Positions 8,779-18,249 of a DNA stretch of 64,000 bases are shown piece by piece. The notes under the pieces were generated by a model. The model was not told where the DNA came from and did no database searches. It saw only the letters and a list, made by a program, of their open reading frames with translations. The DNA comes from an uncultured delta proteobacterium (GTDB lineage: Bacteria; Myxococcota_A; Polyangia; Polyangiales; Houyiibacteriaceae). Position numbers and translations under genes: made by a program. The stretch is taken from positions 333,702 through 397,701 of the forward strand of contig CAVYJZ010000006.1 of NCBI GenBank assembly GCA_963768985.1, in the 5' to 3' direction. The number at the start of each line of letters is the position of its first letter. The first letter of the stretch is position 1.

Positions 8779-10271
8779 GTGCACAACCCCGAGCTCGTCT
8801 GAACCTCTTCCTCACGGCCGTCATGGGCCTCGTGGTGGTCGTACTGGTCAACTACATCTCGTCTCGCCACTACGCGCGATGGGATTGGACCTCCCACGCC
8901 TTGTTCACCCTGTCCGACCGTAGCCAGCAGGTACTTCGTGAGCTCCAGCAAGAGGTTCAAATCTATGTCTTCCTCGGTCGGGACGAGCAAGATTTCGCCG
9001 ATATCGAGACACTGCTCGAAGAATACAGAGCCGTGACCAAGAAGATCAGCGTCGAGTGGATCGATCCCGACCGTGATCGGGCGCGCTACCAGGTCCTTGC
9101 GGACAAATTTGGGATCGACAGCTGGCTTGCGGGCGAAGTGACGCTTTCCCAGGTGCCCGTCGTCGTCACCAGCGGCGATCGCAAATGGAAGATCGAGCGC
9201 CATCAGCTGATCGTCGAGGACTTCGACAGCTTCGAGGATGCTGACGGCCACAAGCTCGACCTCCAGTCCGAACGCGCGCTGACCGGGGCCATTCTCGAGG
9301 TCACGACGGGAGAGCCCACCAAGATCTGCGTGGCCAAAGGCCACGGCGAATGGGAGGTTGGTGCCTACGGAGACCGCAGCCTCGACGCGATGGCTCGCGA
9401 GCTCGAGTGGGAGAAAATCGAGATCGACCCCATCGAGATTCGAGCCGATGATGTTCCCAGATCCTGCGACGCCTTGTTCGTGATCAGCCCGCAGCGCCCG
9501 TACTCCCCGCAGGAGGTCGCCATCGTCGATCGCTACCTCGCGTCCGGTGGCAATGTGCTCCTGGCCTTCGATCCCGTCCTCAAGAAGGAAAAGCTGACGC
9601 CGACGGGTTTCGAGGCCTCGCTCGAACGACGTGGGATCATCCTCGGCCGCGACCTCGTCATCGAGAACGACACCGCGCAACAGCTGCCGGGCAACCCGGG
9701 CGACTTGTTCATCGTCACCAATTTCGGCACGCATCGTTTGGTCGAAACGATACGCAAGCACGGCGGCGGGGTCCTCGTGGCGGTGGCCCGTTCGGTGGAT
9801 GCCGCCGAAGGCGGCGATGCGGAAGTGCTCTTCCGAACGAGCCCGGATGCGGTTGCGGAAATCAACCTCGCACACGCAATCAACCCCGACGCCAAAGGAG
9901 CGCGTACCAGCCCGCGCGCGGTACCCCTCGGAGTTGCTTGGGAATACGTCGCGCCGCTCGGCGAGGACCTCAAACCCGTCTCCACCGAAGGCCCTACGCC
10001 AGGCCGCCTCATGGTCGTGGGCGATAGCGATTGGTTGAGCCCGGAGCTACTCGAAAATGTCCAGCTCTCCAACATCGACTTGCTTTCCTCCGCCGCCGGT
10101 TGGCTCACGCAGCGCGAAGCCTTGATCAACATCGCGCCGCGCAAGACCAATGCGCAGGCCGTGATCATGAGCGACGCGGATTTACAGAATCTTCTGTTTC
10201 GGGTCGTCGTCCTGTTGCCGCTGGCCGCCCTCATTGCGGGCTTCGGGGTTTGGTGGTCGAGACGATCATGA
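8775..10271 (+). CDS. GldG-like ABC-transporter auxiliary protein
   Basis: The ATG at 8775 overlaps the permease stop (ATGA). It has N- and C-terminal TM anchors around a large soluble domain, the usual GldG architecture and operon position. The longer track ORF from 8652 was trimmed. Confidence 0.7.
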   Translation: MSAQPRARLNLFLTAVMGLVVVVLVNYISSRHYARWDWTSHALFTLSDRSQQVLRELQQEVQIYVFLGRDEQDFADIETLLEEYRAVTKKISVEWIDPDRDRARYQVLADKFGIDSWLAGEVTLSQVPVVVTSGDRKWKIERHQLIVEDFDSFEDADGHKLDLQSERALTGAILEVTTGEPTKICVAKGHGEWEVGAYGDRSLDAMARELEWEKIEIDPIEIRADDVPRSCDALFVISPQRPYSPQEVAIVDRYLASGGNVLLAFDPVLKKEKLTPTGFEASLERRGIILGRDLVIENDTAQQLPGNPGDLFIVTNFGTHRLVETIRKHGGGVLVAVARSVDAAEGGDAEVLFRTSPDAVAEINLAHAINPDAKGARTSPRAVPLGVAWEYVAPLGEDLKPVSTEGPTPGRLMVVGDSDWLSPELLENVQLSNIDLLSSAAGWLTQREALINIAPRKTNAQAVIMSDADLQNLLFRVVVLLPLAALIAGFGVWWSRRS

Positions 10272-10876
10272 GCGCGCGCACGCCGATCATCCTCTTCGTC
10301 ATTGCCGCTCTCTTGTTGGGCTACATCGTGGTCTTCGAGCGCGGCCGGCCCGGCCACACCGAGCTCGAGTCTCGATCCGGATTGTTGTTGGAGTCGGTCG
10401 TTCCCGAACGGATTTCGCGCATCCGGATCGCGTCGGGCGAGGAGCGCATCGCGCTGGTCCGAAGCGGCGAGGGCTTCGATGAAACCTGGACCCTGGAAGC
10501 GCCGATGCGGGCGCCGGCGAATCCCGACGCCGTCGAGGACTACCTACGCAACTGGGAGTTCGCGATCCCGGTCCGCACTTTGGAAAACCCGACGCCAGAG
10601 GATCTGCGGAGCTTCGGCATCGATACGCCCAAGGCGGAGGTCACGTTCGAGATGGGGCCCGCGAAAGTACGTGTGTCCCTGGGGTCGGGGACGCCCGTGG
10701 ACGGAGGCGGCTACGTGCGCATCGACGACGAGCGGCAAGTCATCGTAGTTGGCCCAGACGTCGTGAGCCTCTTCGATCGCAAAGGGGACGCGTTCAAGCT
10801 CGAGGGCGATGCGGGCGCCCCTGATCTGTCGGATCTCGACGGCAAGCCAAACGACGCAGGCGCCGTGGCGCCCTGA
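10268..10876 (+). CDS. DUF4340-like membrane-anchored protein, fourth gene of the ABC-2/GldG operon
   Basis: The ATG at 10268 overlaps the upstream stop (ATGA). N-terminal TM segment IILFVIAALLLGYIVVF. The family call rests on position and size, not a search. Confidence 0.55.
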   Translation: MSARTPIILFVIAALLLGYIVVFERGRPGHTELESRSGLLLESVVPERISRIRIASGEERIALVRSGEGFDETWTLEAPMRAPANPDAVEDYLRNWEFAIPVRTLENPTPEDLRSFGIDTPKAEVTFEMGPAKVRVSLGSGTPVDGGGYVRIDDERQVIVVGPDVVSLFDRKGDAFKLEGDAGAPDLSDLDGKPNDAGAVAP

Positions 10877-11500
10877 CTAGCACCGCAGCGCCCCGACGTA
10901 ATTGACCTCGGGCTTTGGCAGCGTCTCGTGGGATGCGTACTCGAGCAGGCCGTTGCTGGTGTTGAAGCCCCCGGAGGAGATCAACGTGAAGTGGCCCGTC
11001 GCGCGGATTCGGTTGCCAACCGCAAGGTCTTTAGGCACCGCAACGGCGCCGGAGATCGTCGTCGTCTTGCGACCGCGTCGAGCTCGCTCGAGCTGTTCCT
11101 GGTTGTCTGCGTAGCCCACGACCAACAACTGCTCCGCTCGGTCGGTTTGGTCCGGGGTGTCCGCGATGAACATGTGAGGCGCCGCGACTTTCGGACAATC
11201 GTCCTTCTTTCGTTTCTTGCAGGGCGGCGGCTCGTAGATCTCGATGATGTAGCCGGTCACGGCAAGATCGGTATCGAGCACCTTTGCCGGCCGCAGACGA
11301 ACACCATAGACACTGTACGAGTCATCTTCGTACGTGGTCGGAAATGGTGGCGGTGGCAGCGTCGGAACCTCCGGCAGGTTCGGCACGATCTCTGGCAGTT
11401 GTTCAGCCGCCGCTTCTCCTTCGGACGCAGCCGTGGTTTGTTCGCAACCTGCGCTCAGCAGCACCCCGGCCATCATCAAGCCAATTAGACGAGCTCCCAT
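10877..11500 (-). CDS. Hypothetical lipoprotein
   Basis: The ATG at 11500 gives MGARLIGLMMAGVLLSAGC (lipobox LSAGC). No recognisable domain. The Arg/Gly-rich upstream extension to 11767 was rejected. Confidence 0.55.
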   Translation of the reverse strand: MGARLIGLMMAGVLLSAGCEQTTAASEGEAAAEQLPEIVPNLPEVPTLPPPPFPTTYEDDSYSVYGVRLRPAKVLDTDLAVTGYIIEIYEPPPCKKRKKDDCPKVAAPHMFIADTPDQTDRAEQLLVVGYADNQEQLERARRGRKTTTISGAVAVPKDLAVGNRIRATGHFTLISSGGFNTSNGLLEYASHETLPKPEVNYVGALRC

Positions 11501-11550
11501 GGTTCCCCCTGTCTCCAACAAAGTAACACGGGCGATTCGCGAGCGACAAT

Positions 11551-12999
11551 CTAGCGGCCCTCCCGCGGACAGGCCCCGTCCTCCGGTAGGGACTTTTCGA
11601 GCGCCATTTTCAGAGTTGGCGGAACCTCCGCGGTGCGTCGGAGCCGCTCGATCGCCGCCTCGGCCGCCGGCGTCCGAAGGGTTCGGAGGGCCTCGATGGC
11701 GCGGGCACCGTTGTTGAGGTCCTCGGTTCGCGCGTTGGCCGGCGCGGCCCGAAGAACCACGCGCCACAGGTCCTCGACGGCGTCAGTCCGGCAGTGGGCG
11801 GCCACGTAGTCGATGGCGGCTGCGGTGACCTCCGGCCATTCGTTGCGAGCGCGGAGCCTTCGACGAACGGCCTCCCATCCTTCGTCGTGCGGCGAGTCCG
11901 TGAGAACCTCGATGGCAGCAACACGGACCACAGACATCGAGTCGTCGACCGATGCCACGACGACCGGAATCGCCTCCGCTTCGGTTCGAAGGCTGAACAC
12001 TGCATCAGCGCGGACCATCGGCCAGACGTCACGACGGGCGAGCGTCGCGCGGCTCACCAGGCTCGCCGAGTCGCCGGACAACACTGCTGCAGCGCGGCCC
12101 CGCACCCGAGGGTAGCGATCGGCCAGAGAAGCGCGCGCGTCTTCGCGATGACCGCGCGTGGTGATCGCGTCGACTGCAGCTTGGCGAAGCATCCATTCCT
12201 CGGGTCCGGCGAGCTGGCGCCGAACCCAAGCATCGACTTCATCGCTCGGCCCCGCCATCTTGGCGCTTTGAAGCAGTCGCCATACGGTCGGGAAGTCACT
12301 CGACTTCGGCGCAGCGTACTCGATGAACGCAGCCGTGACGTCTCGCTGCTCGTCGAGCGGGGCAAGACCCATCGCGGCGCTCGCGACCGCAGCCGGATTC
12401 GGTCCTCCGGCAAGCCACCGTCGAAGCCGCGGCCCAGCGTCGGCGCCTGAGCGTTGGATCGCCGTCGCAAATGCGTTGCGGAGCCCAGGGCGGTCGGACC
12501 CACCAGGGCTCGCCATGGCCGCGAGGAGCGGCTCGATGGCGAAGTCTGGCTCGGTGCGCGCCAGCGCGAACGCCGCGCGATCACCGACCAGTGGATCGAA
12601 GACCAGCCGGGCAAGCCCGTCGCGGCCCCGTCGTCCGCTCCGCCCTAGGGCCGCAAGCGCACCAGCTCGAATCTCTTCGTCTTCGGAGCGAGCGGCTGCG
12701 ACCAAGGCCTCGACCGCCGCACCGTGGTTCTTGGCGAGATGGGAGAGCGGGTCGAGGGCTCTCCTTTGTGCGAGCAACGAAAGGGACGACCAACTGTCAC
12801 GGATCTGCTCTGCGGCCTGCTCGCCACCCTTTTGAAGCAAGTAGACTGCAGCAATCGCCCGATCGTGATCGGCATCGAGAGCGCTCACGGCATCTGCGAT
12901 CGCCGAGGCATCAGGCGCAGCTGAAACGATCCCCGTCAAGGCGGTCAGCGACACGAAGCCCGCTAGTGCAATAGCGCGTCTGCTGCTGGTCGTTCCCAC
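11551..12999 (-). CDS. Secreted HEAT/ARM-repeat protein
   Basis: Ala/Leu/Arg-rich helical repeats with recurring D-x-x-VR-x-AA elements. The GTG at 12999 gives a signal-like N-terminus (AIALAGFVSLTALTGIVSAAP). The start is uncertain and the ORF is open to 13128. Confidence 0.55.
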   Translation of the reverse strand: MGTTSSRRAIALAGFVSLTALTGIVSAAPDASAIADAVSALDADHDRAIAAVYLLQKGGEQAAEQIRDSWSSLSLLAQRRALDPLSHLAKNHGAAVEALVAAARSEDEEIRAGALAALGRSGRRGRDGLARLVFDPLVGDRAAFALARTEPDFAIEPLLAAMASPGGSDRPGLRNAFATAIQRSGADAGPRLRRWLAGGPNPAAVASAAMGLAPLDEQRDVTAAFIEYAAPKSSDFPTVWRLLQSAKMAGPSDEVDAWVRRQLAGPEEWMLRQAAVDAITTRGHREDARASLADRYPRVRGRAAAVLSGDSASLVSRATLARRDVWPMVRADAVFSLRTEAEAIPVVVASVDDSMSVVRVAAIEVLTDSPHDEGWEAVRRRLRARNEWPEVTAAAIDYVAAHCRTDAVEDLWRVVLRAAPANARTEDLNNGARAIEALRTLRTPAAEAAIERLRRTAEVPPTLKMALEKSLPEDGACPREGR

Positions 13000-14416
13000 T
13001 CGTTCACCACCCCGTCCCACAGCTCTAGCACGCAGTCGGCCTGACGAAGGAAATCCCCGCGATGGGTCGCGACGACGACCAATCCACCGCGCTCCGCATG
13101 CTCGTGACACACGGCGATGACCTTGCACTCGAGCTCGTCGTCGAGCGCTGATGTAGGCTCATCCAGGAGCAACACCGGAGCGCCGCGATACAGTGCACGC
13201 GCCAGCGTAATTCGTTGCCGCTGACCCACGGAGAAATCGGCCCCGCCTTCATGAAGGACGCCATCATAGCCCTGATGCCTCGCAGCGATGAACGAATGCG
13301 CGCCGACACGTCGGCAGACTTCGATCACGCGTGCGGTCGGGCCGGTTCGACCCCAACGCGACGTTGCGGAGGATCGTATCGCCGAAGAGCGAAGGGCTTT
13401 GAGGCATCCATGCGGTCGCGGCGGTCAACGAGTCGAGCGAAGCAGGCGCCCCGTCGATCCAGATCTCGCCCGGAGAAGCAGGAAGAACCCCCGCCAGCAG
13501 TCTGAGCAAGGTCGACTTGCCGGTCCCACTCGTACCCGTGATCGCTACGAGCGAGCCACCTCGCAAGAACGCGTTCGCCTGTTGCAATACCGGCTGATCG
13601 TCATAGCCAAAAGAAATGTCGTTCAAGCGCAGTGACACAATCGGCTCGGTGTGTCGCGTCACGGGCTGAGGAGGCGCGGTGGAGAGGTGGAGCAGCTCAT
13701 CGAGCCGGTCCAAAGACGCCAATCCGGACCACCAGCCGAACACCGCCTGGGCAAGGCCGTGTAGGAAGCGACCGAGGATTCCGCCCCGAAGAGCTCCCGG
13801 TGCAAGCGCCGGGCAGGGCGCGCGGCGAGAACGAGGAGCACCACGGCCACCGGGACCACGAGGAGTCCGGGGATGGCTAACGCAGTATCCACCCGAAGCG
13901 CGACAATGGCTAGCGCAGTAGCCATGAACAAGGCCCGAATGCCCTGGGCCAGACCCGTATGGAGGAGTGTGCGGACCCCGTGGACCTCGACTTGAATGCG
14001 GGAGGCGAGCTCTCCGCGCGGCCATTGAGGAGCACCGAATGCTCCAGGCGGAGCACGCGGGCGAGGACTTCACCCCGGAATTCACAGATGGTGCTGAGCT
14101 GACACCGGGAGGCGAGGTTTGTCCGAACCGTCTCTGAAAGCGCTCGGACGACGCCGAGAATGACCAGAAGCCAGACGATCTGCGGGACGGAGAGATCCGG
14201 GAATGCGGCGGCGCCTGGAGCAGACTGAACCGTCGAATCCGCCCCTAAATCACGCAGAAGCGGCCCGACGAACCAGGCATACCTCGCGGTGGTGGCGGCG
14301 GCCGCGGCCATGGTGCAAGGCGAAGCGACGGCGAGCGGGATCCGTTTTCGCACGGATTCCAGTAACATCCGACGAGCAGGAAAGTCACTGGAATTTCTCC
14401 GCAGAAACACGCGCAA
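12963..14416 (-). pseudogene. Frameshifted ABC exporter (fused TMD-NBD, CydC/CydD-like)
   Basis: Four minus-strand fragments in different frames (13910-14416, 13659-13931, 13264-14085, 12963-13328) together spell one ABC exporter. The TMD reads ...FRGEVLARVLRLEHSVLLNG / RGELASRIQVEVHGVRTLL...ALFMATALAIV / GGILGRFLHGLAQAVFGWW. The NBD has Walker A GTSGTGKST, signature FSVGQRQR and Walker B LLLDEPTSALD. Frame changes lie near 14020, 13790 and 13335. Confidence 0.65.
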
Positions 14417-14632
14417 TGCCCCTTCTCAACGCCGCTCGCAGACCCATATACTCCGAGTTACCCCACGACAAAGTCGCCCGTTCGCGCCCCCAATCTGAGC
14501 CGGTCTTACATTCCGGCACGGTGCGTGCATTGGGATCCGAATCGAACGACTGGTTCATGCTCGGCGGAAGAGTCCGACGGTTTCGAATGTTCAGCCAGTA
14601 AAGCGGGGCGCCACCGGAAGGCGAGAGGAAAA

Positions 14633-16027
14633 ATGGCAAGACAGGCAGTGACAAGAGAGTCCACGAGGAAGAGCCAGGTGAGGGCCAAGGTATCCAAGCA
14701 ATCGGAGCCGAAGGCCGAGGCTGAGCTTCCGAAGCAGGCCGAAGCTCGGTCGGCGGTCGTGGACGATAAGCAAGAGTTTGAACCCAGCAAGGAGCAGCTC
14801 GAGAAGGCTCGCGTCGAGAGCGAAAAGGCTCTCAAAGAGTTCGAGCGGCAGGGCGCAGGGGATTCGACGCTGACCCGGTACTTCCGGGAGATGATCGGTC
14901 ATCGAGTGCTGACGCCGCAAGAAGAGATCGAAGCTGCGAAGCAGGTCGAGCGGCTCGAGATCGCCTATTGGGAGACCTTGCTCAGCCACCCTCAGTGCTT
15001 CGAGAGCGTTGCCGCAGTCATCGAGGCTCGCGTTCAAGATCAGCAGCTCCCCGAGATCGCGTCGCTCCGCAAGCTCTGTAAGAGCGCGAAGGCCGAAAAG
15101 CTCGGCAAGCGCCAGGAGGTGCGTTGGAACGACCTTTGTCTTCAACTCTCCACCAAGATGCGCGAGCTCGATAGCGATCGTCTCTTCGTCCAGGAGTCTG
15201 ACCGTGCGGTGCACCGTCTCGCTGGCGACTTTGCAAACGAACGTGACATTGTCGGCGACCACGTCCGCATGACCCCGGCGTTCAAGCGGTACCTGCTAGA
15301 GGTGCGTGGCGCTCAAAAAGCGCAGCAGCGAGCGAAGAACCGTTTCGTAGCGGCCAATCTGCGTCTCGTCGTTTCAATCGCTCGGCGCTACAACCGCGGC
15401 CGCCTGCCGCTCATCGATCTCATCCAAGAGGGCAACATCGGTCTGATGAAAGCCGTGGAGCGCTTTGACCACAATCGTGGCTATCGCTTCAGCACGTACG
15501 CATCGTGGTGGATTCGGCACGCGATCAGCCGGGCCCTCGCCGACAAGGGGCGCGCCGTTCGCATCCCAGTGCACATGCTCGACACGTACAATCGCGTCGC
15601 GCGGGCAACGCAAGCCATCGCCACCCGGACCGGCAAAGAGCCGACCCCGGAGGAGCTCGAAAAGGAAACGGGCATCGCGGCCGAGAAGCTGGAGAAGATC
15701 AAGGGCTACTGGGCCGAAACCCCGTTCTCGCTTGACCGTCCGGTCAACGATGAGGATGGCCGCAAATTCATCGACTTCCTCGAAGAGGAGAATGTGCCGA
15801 CGCCGTACGAGCAGCTCGTCTCTCAAAAATGGAGCGATGAGGTGCGCAGGCTCCTCGACACGCTCACCCCGATGGAGGCCCGTATCCTTCGGTGGCGATT
15901 TGGCCTGGACGACGAGGACGAGCTCACGCTGAAGGAGATCGGCGACAAGTACAATCTGTCCCGAGAGCGCATCCGTCAGCTGCAAGAGCAGGCGCTCGGA
16001 AAGATCAGGCGGCAGATCAAGGAGTAG
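14633..16027 (+). CDS. RNA polymerase sigma factor, RpoD/sigma-70 group 1-2 family
   Basis: The ATG at 14633 follows GAGAGGAA. Region 2 ([37 protein letters not shown]), region 3 and region 4 ([25 protein letters not shown]) are present, with a charged N-terminal extension. Confidence 0.9.
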   Translation: MARQAVTRESTRKSQVRAKVSKQSEPKAEAELPKQAEARSAVVDDKQEFEPSKEQLEKARVESEKALKEFERQGAGDSTLTRYFREMIGHRVLTPQEEIEAAKQVERLEIAYWETLLSHPQCFESVAAVIEARVQDQQLPEIASLRKLCKSAKAEKLGKRQEVRWNDLCLQLSTKMRELDSDRLFVQESDRAVHRLAGDFANERDIVGDHVRMTPAFKRYLLEVRGAQKAQQRAKNRFVAANLRLVVSIARRYNRGRLPLIDLIQEGNIGLMKAVERFDHNRGYRFSTYASWWIRHAISRALADKGRAVRIPVHMLDTYNRVARATQAIATRTGKEPTPEELEKETGIAAEKLEKIKGYWAETPFSLDRPVNDEDGRKFIDFLEEENVPTPYEQLVSQKWSDEVRRLLDTLTPMEARILRWRFGLDDEDELTLKEIGDKYNLSRERIRQLQEQALGKIRRQIKE

Positions 16028-16047
16028 GCGACGACGCTTACGCAGAC

Positions 16048-16081
16048 GAAACGCCGGCGAGGGTGACCCTGCCGGCGTTTC
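16048..16081. terminator. GC-rich hairpin between convergent sigma-factor and ptrB genes (possible bidirectional terminator)
   Basis: GAAACGCCGGC (16048-16058) and GCCGGCGTTTC (16071-16081) are perfect reverse complements around a 12-nt loop. The U-tract is weak. Confidence 0.5.
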
Positions 16082-16101
16082 CAATTCACGGGCGCCGGCG
16101 C

Positions 16102-18249
16102 CTAGCGTAGCTGCGTCAGGATGAACGCGTAGTCCATGGCGGTTTCCTTGAAGTAGTCGTAGCGACCGGATGCCCCGCCATGCCCGGCGCCCATGTTGAC
16201 TTTGAAGATCAGCGGAGTGCCATTGGTTTTCATGGCCCTGAGCTTGGCCACGTACTTCGCGGGCTCCCAGTACATCACCTGACTGTCGTTGATGGACGTG
16301 CGCACGAGCATCGCCGGGTAGGCCTGCGGCTTGATGTTGGTGTACGGGCAATATGCCTTGATGCGAAAATAGGCCTCGACGTCGTTCGGATCACCCCATT
16401 CTTCGTACTCGCCAACGGTCAGGGGCAGGCTCTCATCCAACATCGTGTTGAGAACGTCGACGAACGGAACGAGCGAGACGACGACGCCGAAGAGCTCCGG
16501 GCGCAAGTTGCTGACCGCTCCCATGAGCAACCCTCCGGCGCTGCCGCCCTCAATCGCCAAGCGGGAGCTCGAAGTATAGCCCTTGGCGAGCAGGTGCTCT
16601 GCGACGGCGATGAAGTCGGTGAAAGTGTTCGTCTTGTGCTCCATGCGGCCGAGGTCATGCCAGCGCTTACCGAGCTCGCCCCCGCCTCGGACGTGGGCGA
16701 TGGCGTAGGTCACCCCGCGGTCGAGCAAGCTGACCCGCGCGTGAGAGAACCCGGTTGGATATGGGTAGCCGTATGAGCCGTAGCCCACCAACAACATCGG
16801 GGCGCGACCGTCCCTTCGGAGGCCCTTCTTGTAGACGACGGAAATTGGGACCTGCGTCCCATCTCCCGCAGTTGCCCAGATGCGTTCCGATTGGTACTGC
16901 GACGGGTCGTACCCACCGAGGACCTCCGTCTGCTTGATCAATTTCCGTGTCCTCGAAAGAACATCGTAGTCGAACACCGACTCCGGAGTGGTCAGGGACT
17001 CGTAGCGAAATCGATAGGCTCGCGATGAGAATTCTTCGTTGGCTCCGGGGTGAAGCGAATATACCGGCTCGTCCATCTCGATGCGTTCCGAGTCGCCATC
17101 GGCGAACCTCGACACGCGCAAGTAAGGGAGTCCGACCTCGCGCTCCAGCAAAACGTAGAAGTCCTCGAAGACGTCCAATCGCTCGACCATGACCGCGTCA
17201 CGGTGGGCTACCAACTCTTGCCATGACGACGGGCCGGGGCTGTCGACTGGCGCCCGGACGATGCGGAAATTCCGGCCCCGGTCGTTCGTACGAATCAAGA
17301 AATACTGGCCCCAGTGCTCGACGTCGTACTCGTGGTCCTGACGCCGCTCCGCAATCAGGCGCCAAGTGCCGGTGGGCTCGGACGACGACACGAACGCGAC
17401 CTCGCTGGTGGTATGGCTGAAGGCGCCACGGAACAGGTAGTCTCCGCTTCGGGAACGCCATACGACGACCTCGAATCGCTCATCGTCCTCTTGGTAAACC
17501 ACGGCATCTGCGCCACTGGCGCCGAGCCGGTGGCGCAGAGCTCGATGAGGCCGCTTGGCGTCATCATCGATGGTGTAGAAGAACGTCCGGCTGTCGCTCG
17601 CCCACGCCAGAGACTTCACTTTGTCCAATCGCTCTCTCAGGACCTCGCCCGAGCGGAGATCTTTGACCCGCAGCGTGTAGTCACGGAAGCCGGTCTCATC
17701 GAGAGCGAACGCCAGATAACGCCCATCAGGCGAGACCTCGTATACGCCAAGGCCGAGAAACGATCTGCCTTCGGCAAGCGCGTTCATGTCGAGCAGAACC
17801 TGCTCGGTTTGGCTCTTGCCGAGCTCTCGACGACAATACGTCGGGTACTGTTTTCCTTCTTCGGTGCGCTCGTAATACTCGAATTTGCCTTTACGATACG
17901 GCGCGCTCTGGTCGGTCTGCTGAATGCGCCCCACGATCTCGTCGTAGAGCGTCTTCTGAAGCGCCGTCGTCGGCGACATGATCCGGTCAGCGTATGCATT
18001 CTCAGCCTCGAGATACGCGTTCACTTCGGCGGACCCTTTTTCGCGCAACCAGAAGTAATCATCTACGCGGGTGTCGCCGTGCAGGGTGACCGCGTGCGCG
18101 TGCATCGCGGCCACCGGAGCGGACGCAGACCTGCGCTCGGTTCCGTGCGGAACGGTCGGTGTCCTCGCACAGGCCGATAGGGCCAAGAAGACGAAGAGAA
18201 GACGCTGCGTTGGGGCTCGGCTCAGCACGTGGGCGTTCCGGTGCGTCAA
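16102..18249 (-). CDS. ptrB: Oligopeptidase B (S9A prolyl oligopeptidase family)
   Basis: 715 aa. Catalytic serine motif GGSAGGLLMG, then LPLTVGEYEEWGDP and a C-terminal GHGG. Lipoprotein-like N-terminus (FLALSAC). Start is TTG 18249 or GTG 18228. Confidence 0.9.
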   Translation of the reverse strand: MTHRNAHVLSRAPTQRLLFVFLALSACARTPTVPHGTERRSASAPVAAMHAHAVTLHGDTRVDDYFWLREKGSAEVNAYLEAENAYADRIMSPTTALQKTLYDEIVGRIQQTDQSAPYRKGKFEYYERTEEGKQYPTYCRRELGKSQTEQVLLDMNALAEGRSFLGLGVYEVSPDGRYLAFALDETGFRDYTLRVKDLRSGEVLRERLDKVKSLAWASDSRTFFYTIDDDAKRPHRALRHRLGASGADAVVYQEDDERFEVVVWRSRSGDYLFRGAFSHTTSEVAFVSSSEPTGTWRLIAERRQDHEYDVEHWGQYFLIRTNDRGRNFRIVRAPVDSPGPSSWQELVAHRDAVMVERLDVFEDFYVLLEREVGLPYLRVSRFADGDSERIEMDEPVYSLHPGANEEFSSRAYRFRYESLTTPESVFDYDVLSRTRKLIKQTEVLGGYDPSQYQSERIWATAGDGTQVPISVVYKKGLRRDGRAPMLLVGYGSYGYPYPTGFSHARVSLLDRGVTYAIAHVRGGGELGKRWHDLGRMEHKTNTFTDFIAVAEHLLAKGYTSSSRLAIEGGSAGGLLMGAVSNLRPELFGVVVSLVPFVDVLNTMLDESLPLTVGEYEEWGDPNDVEAYFRIKAYCPYTNIKPQAYPAMLVRTSINDSQVMYWEPAKYVAKLRAMKTNGTPLIFKVNMGAGHGGASGRYDYFKETAMDYAFILTQLR

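Noticed and set aside
13341-13365. tRNA T-loop-like strings (GGTTCGACCCC at about 13345; GGGTTCGAGCCCCC at about 54620)
   Set aside because: The flanking bases do not form a T-stem or an acceptor stem, and both lie inside protein-coding or pseudogene sequence. No tRNA could be folded by eye anywhere in the window.
12963-14416. Programmed ribosomal frameshifting as an explanation for the split ABC exporter
   Set aside because: Three separate frame changes in both directions within 1.4 kb, with no slippery heptamer that I could see, fit decay or sequencing error far better than recoding.
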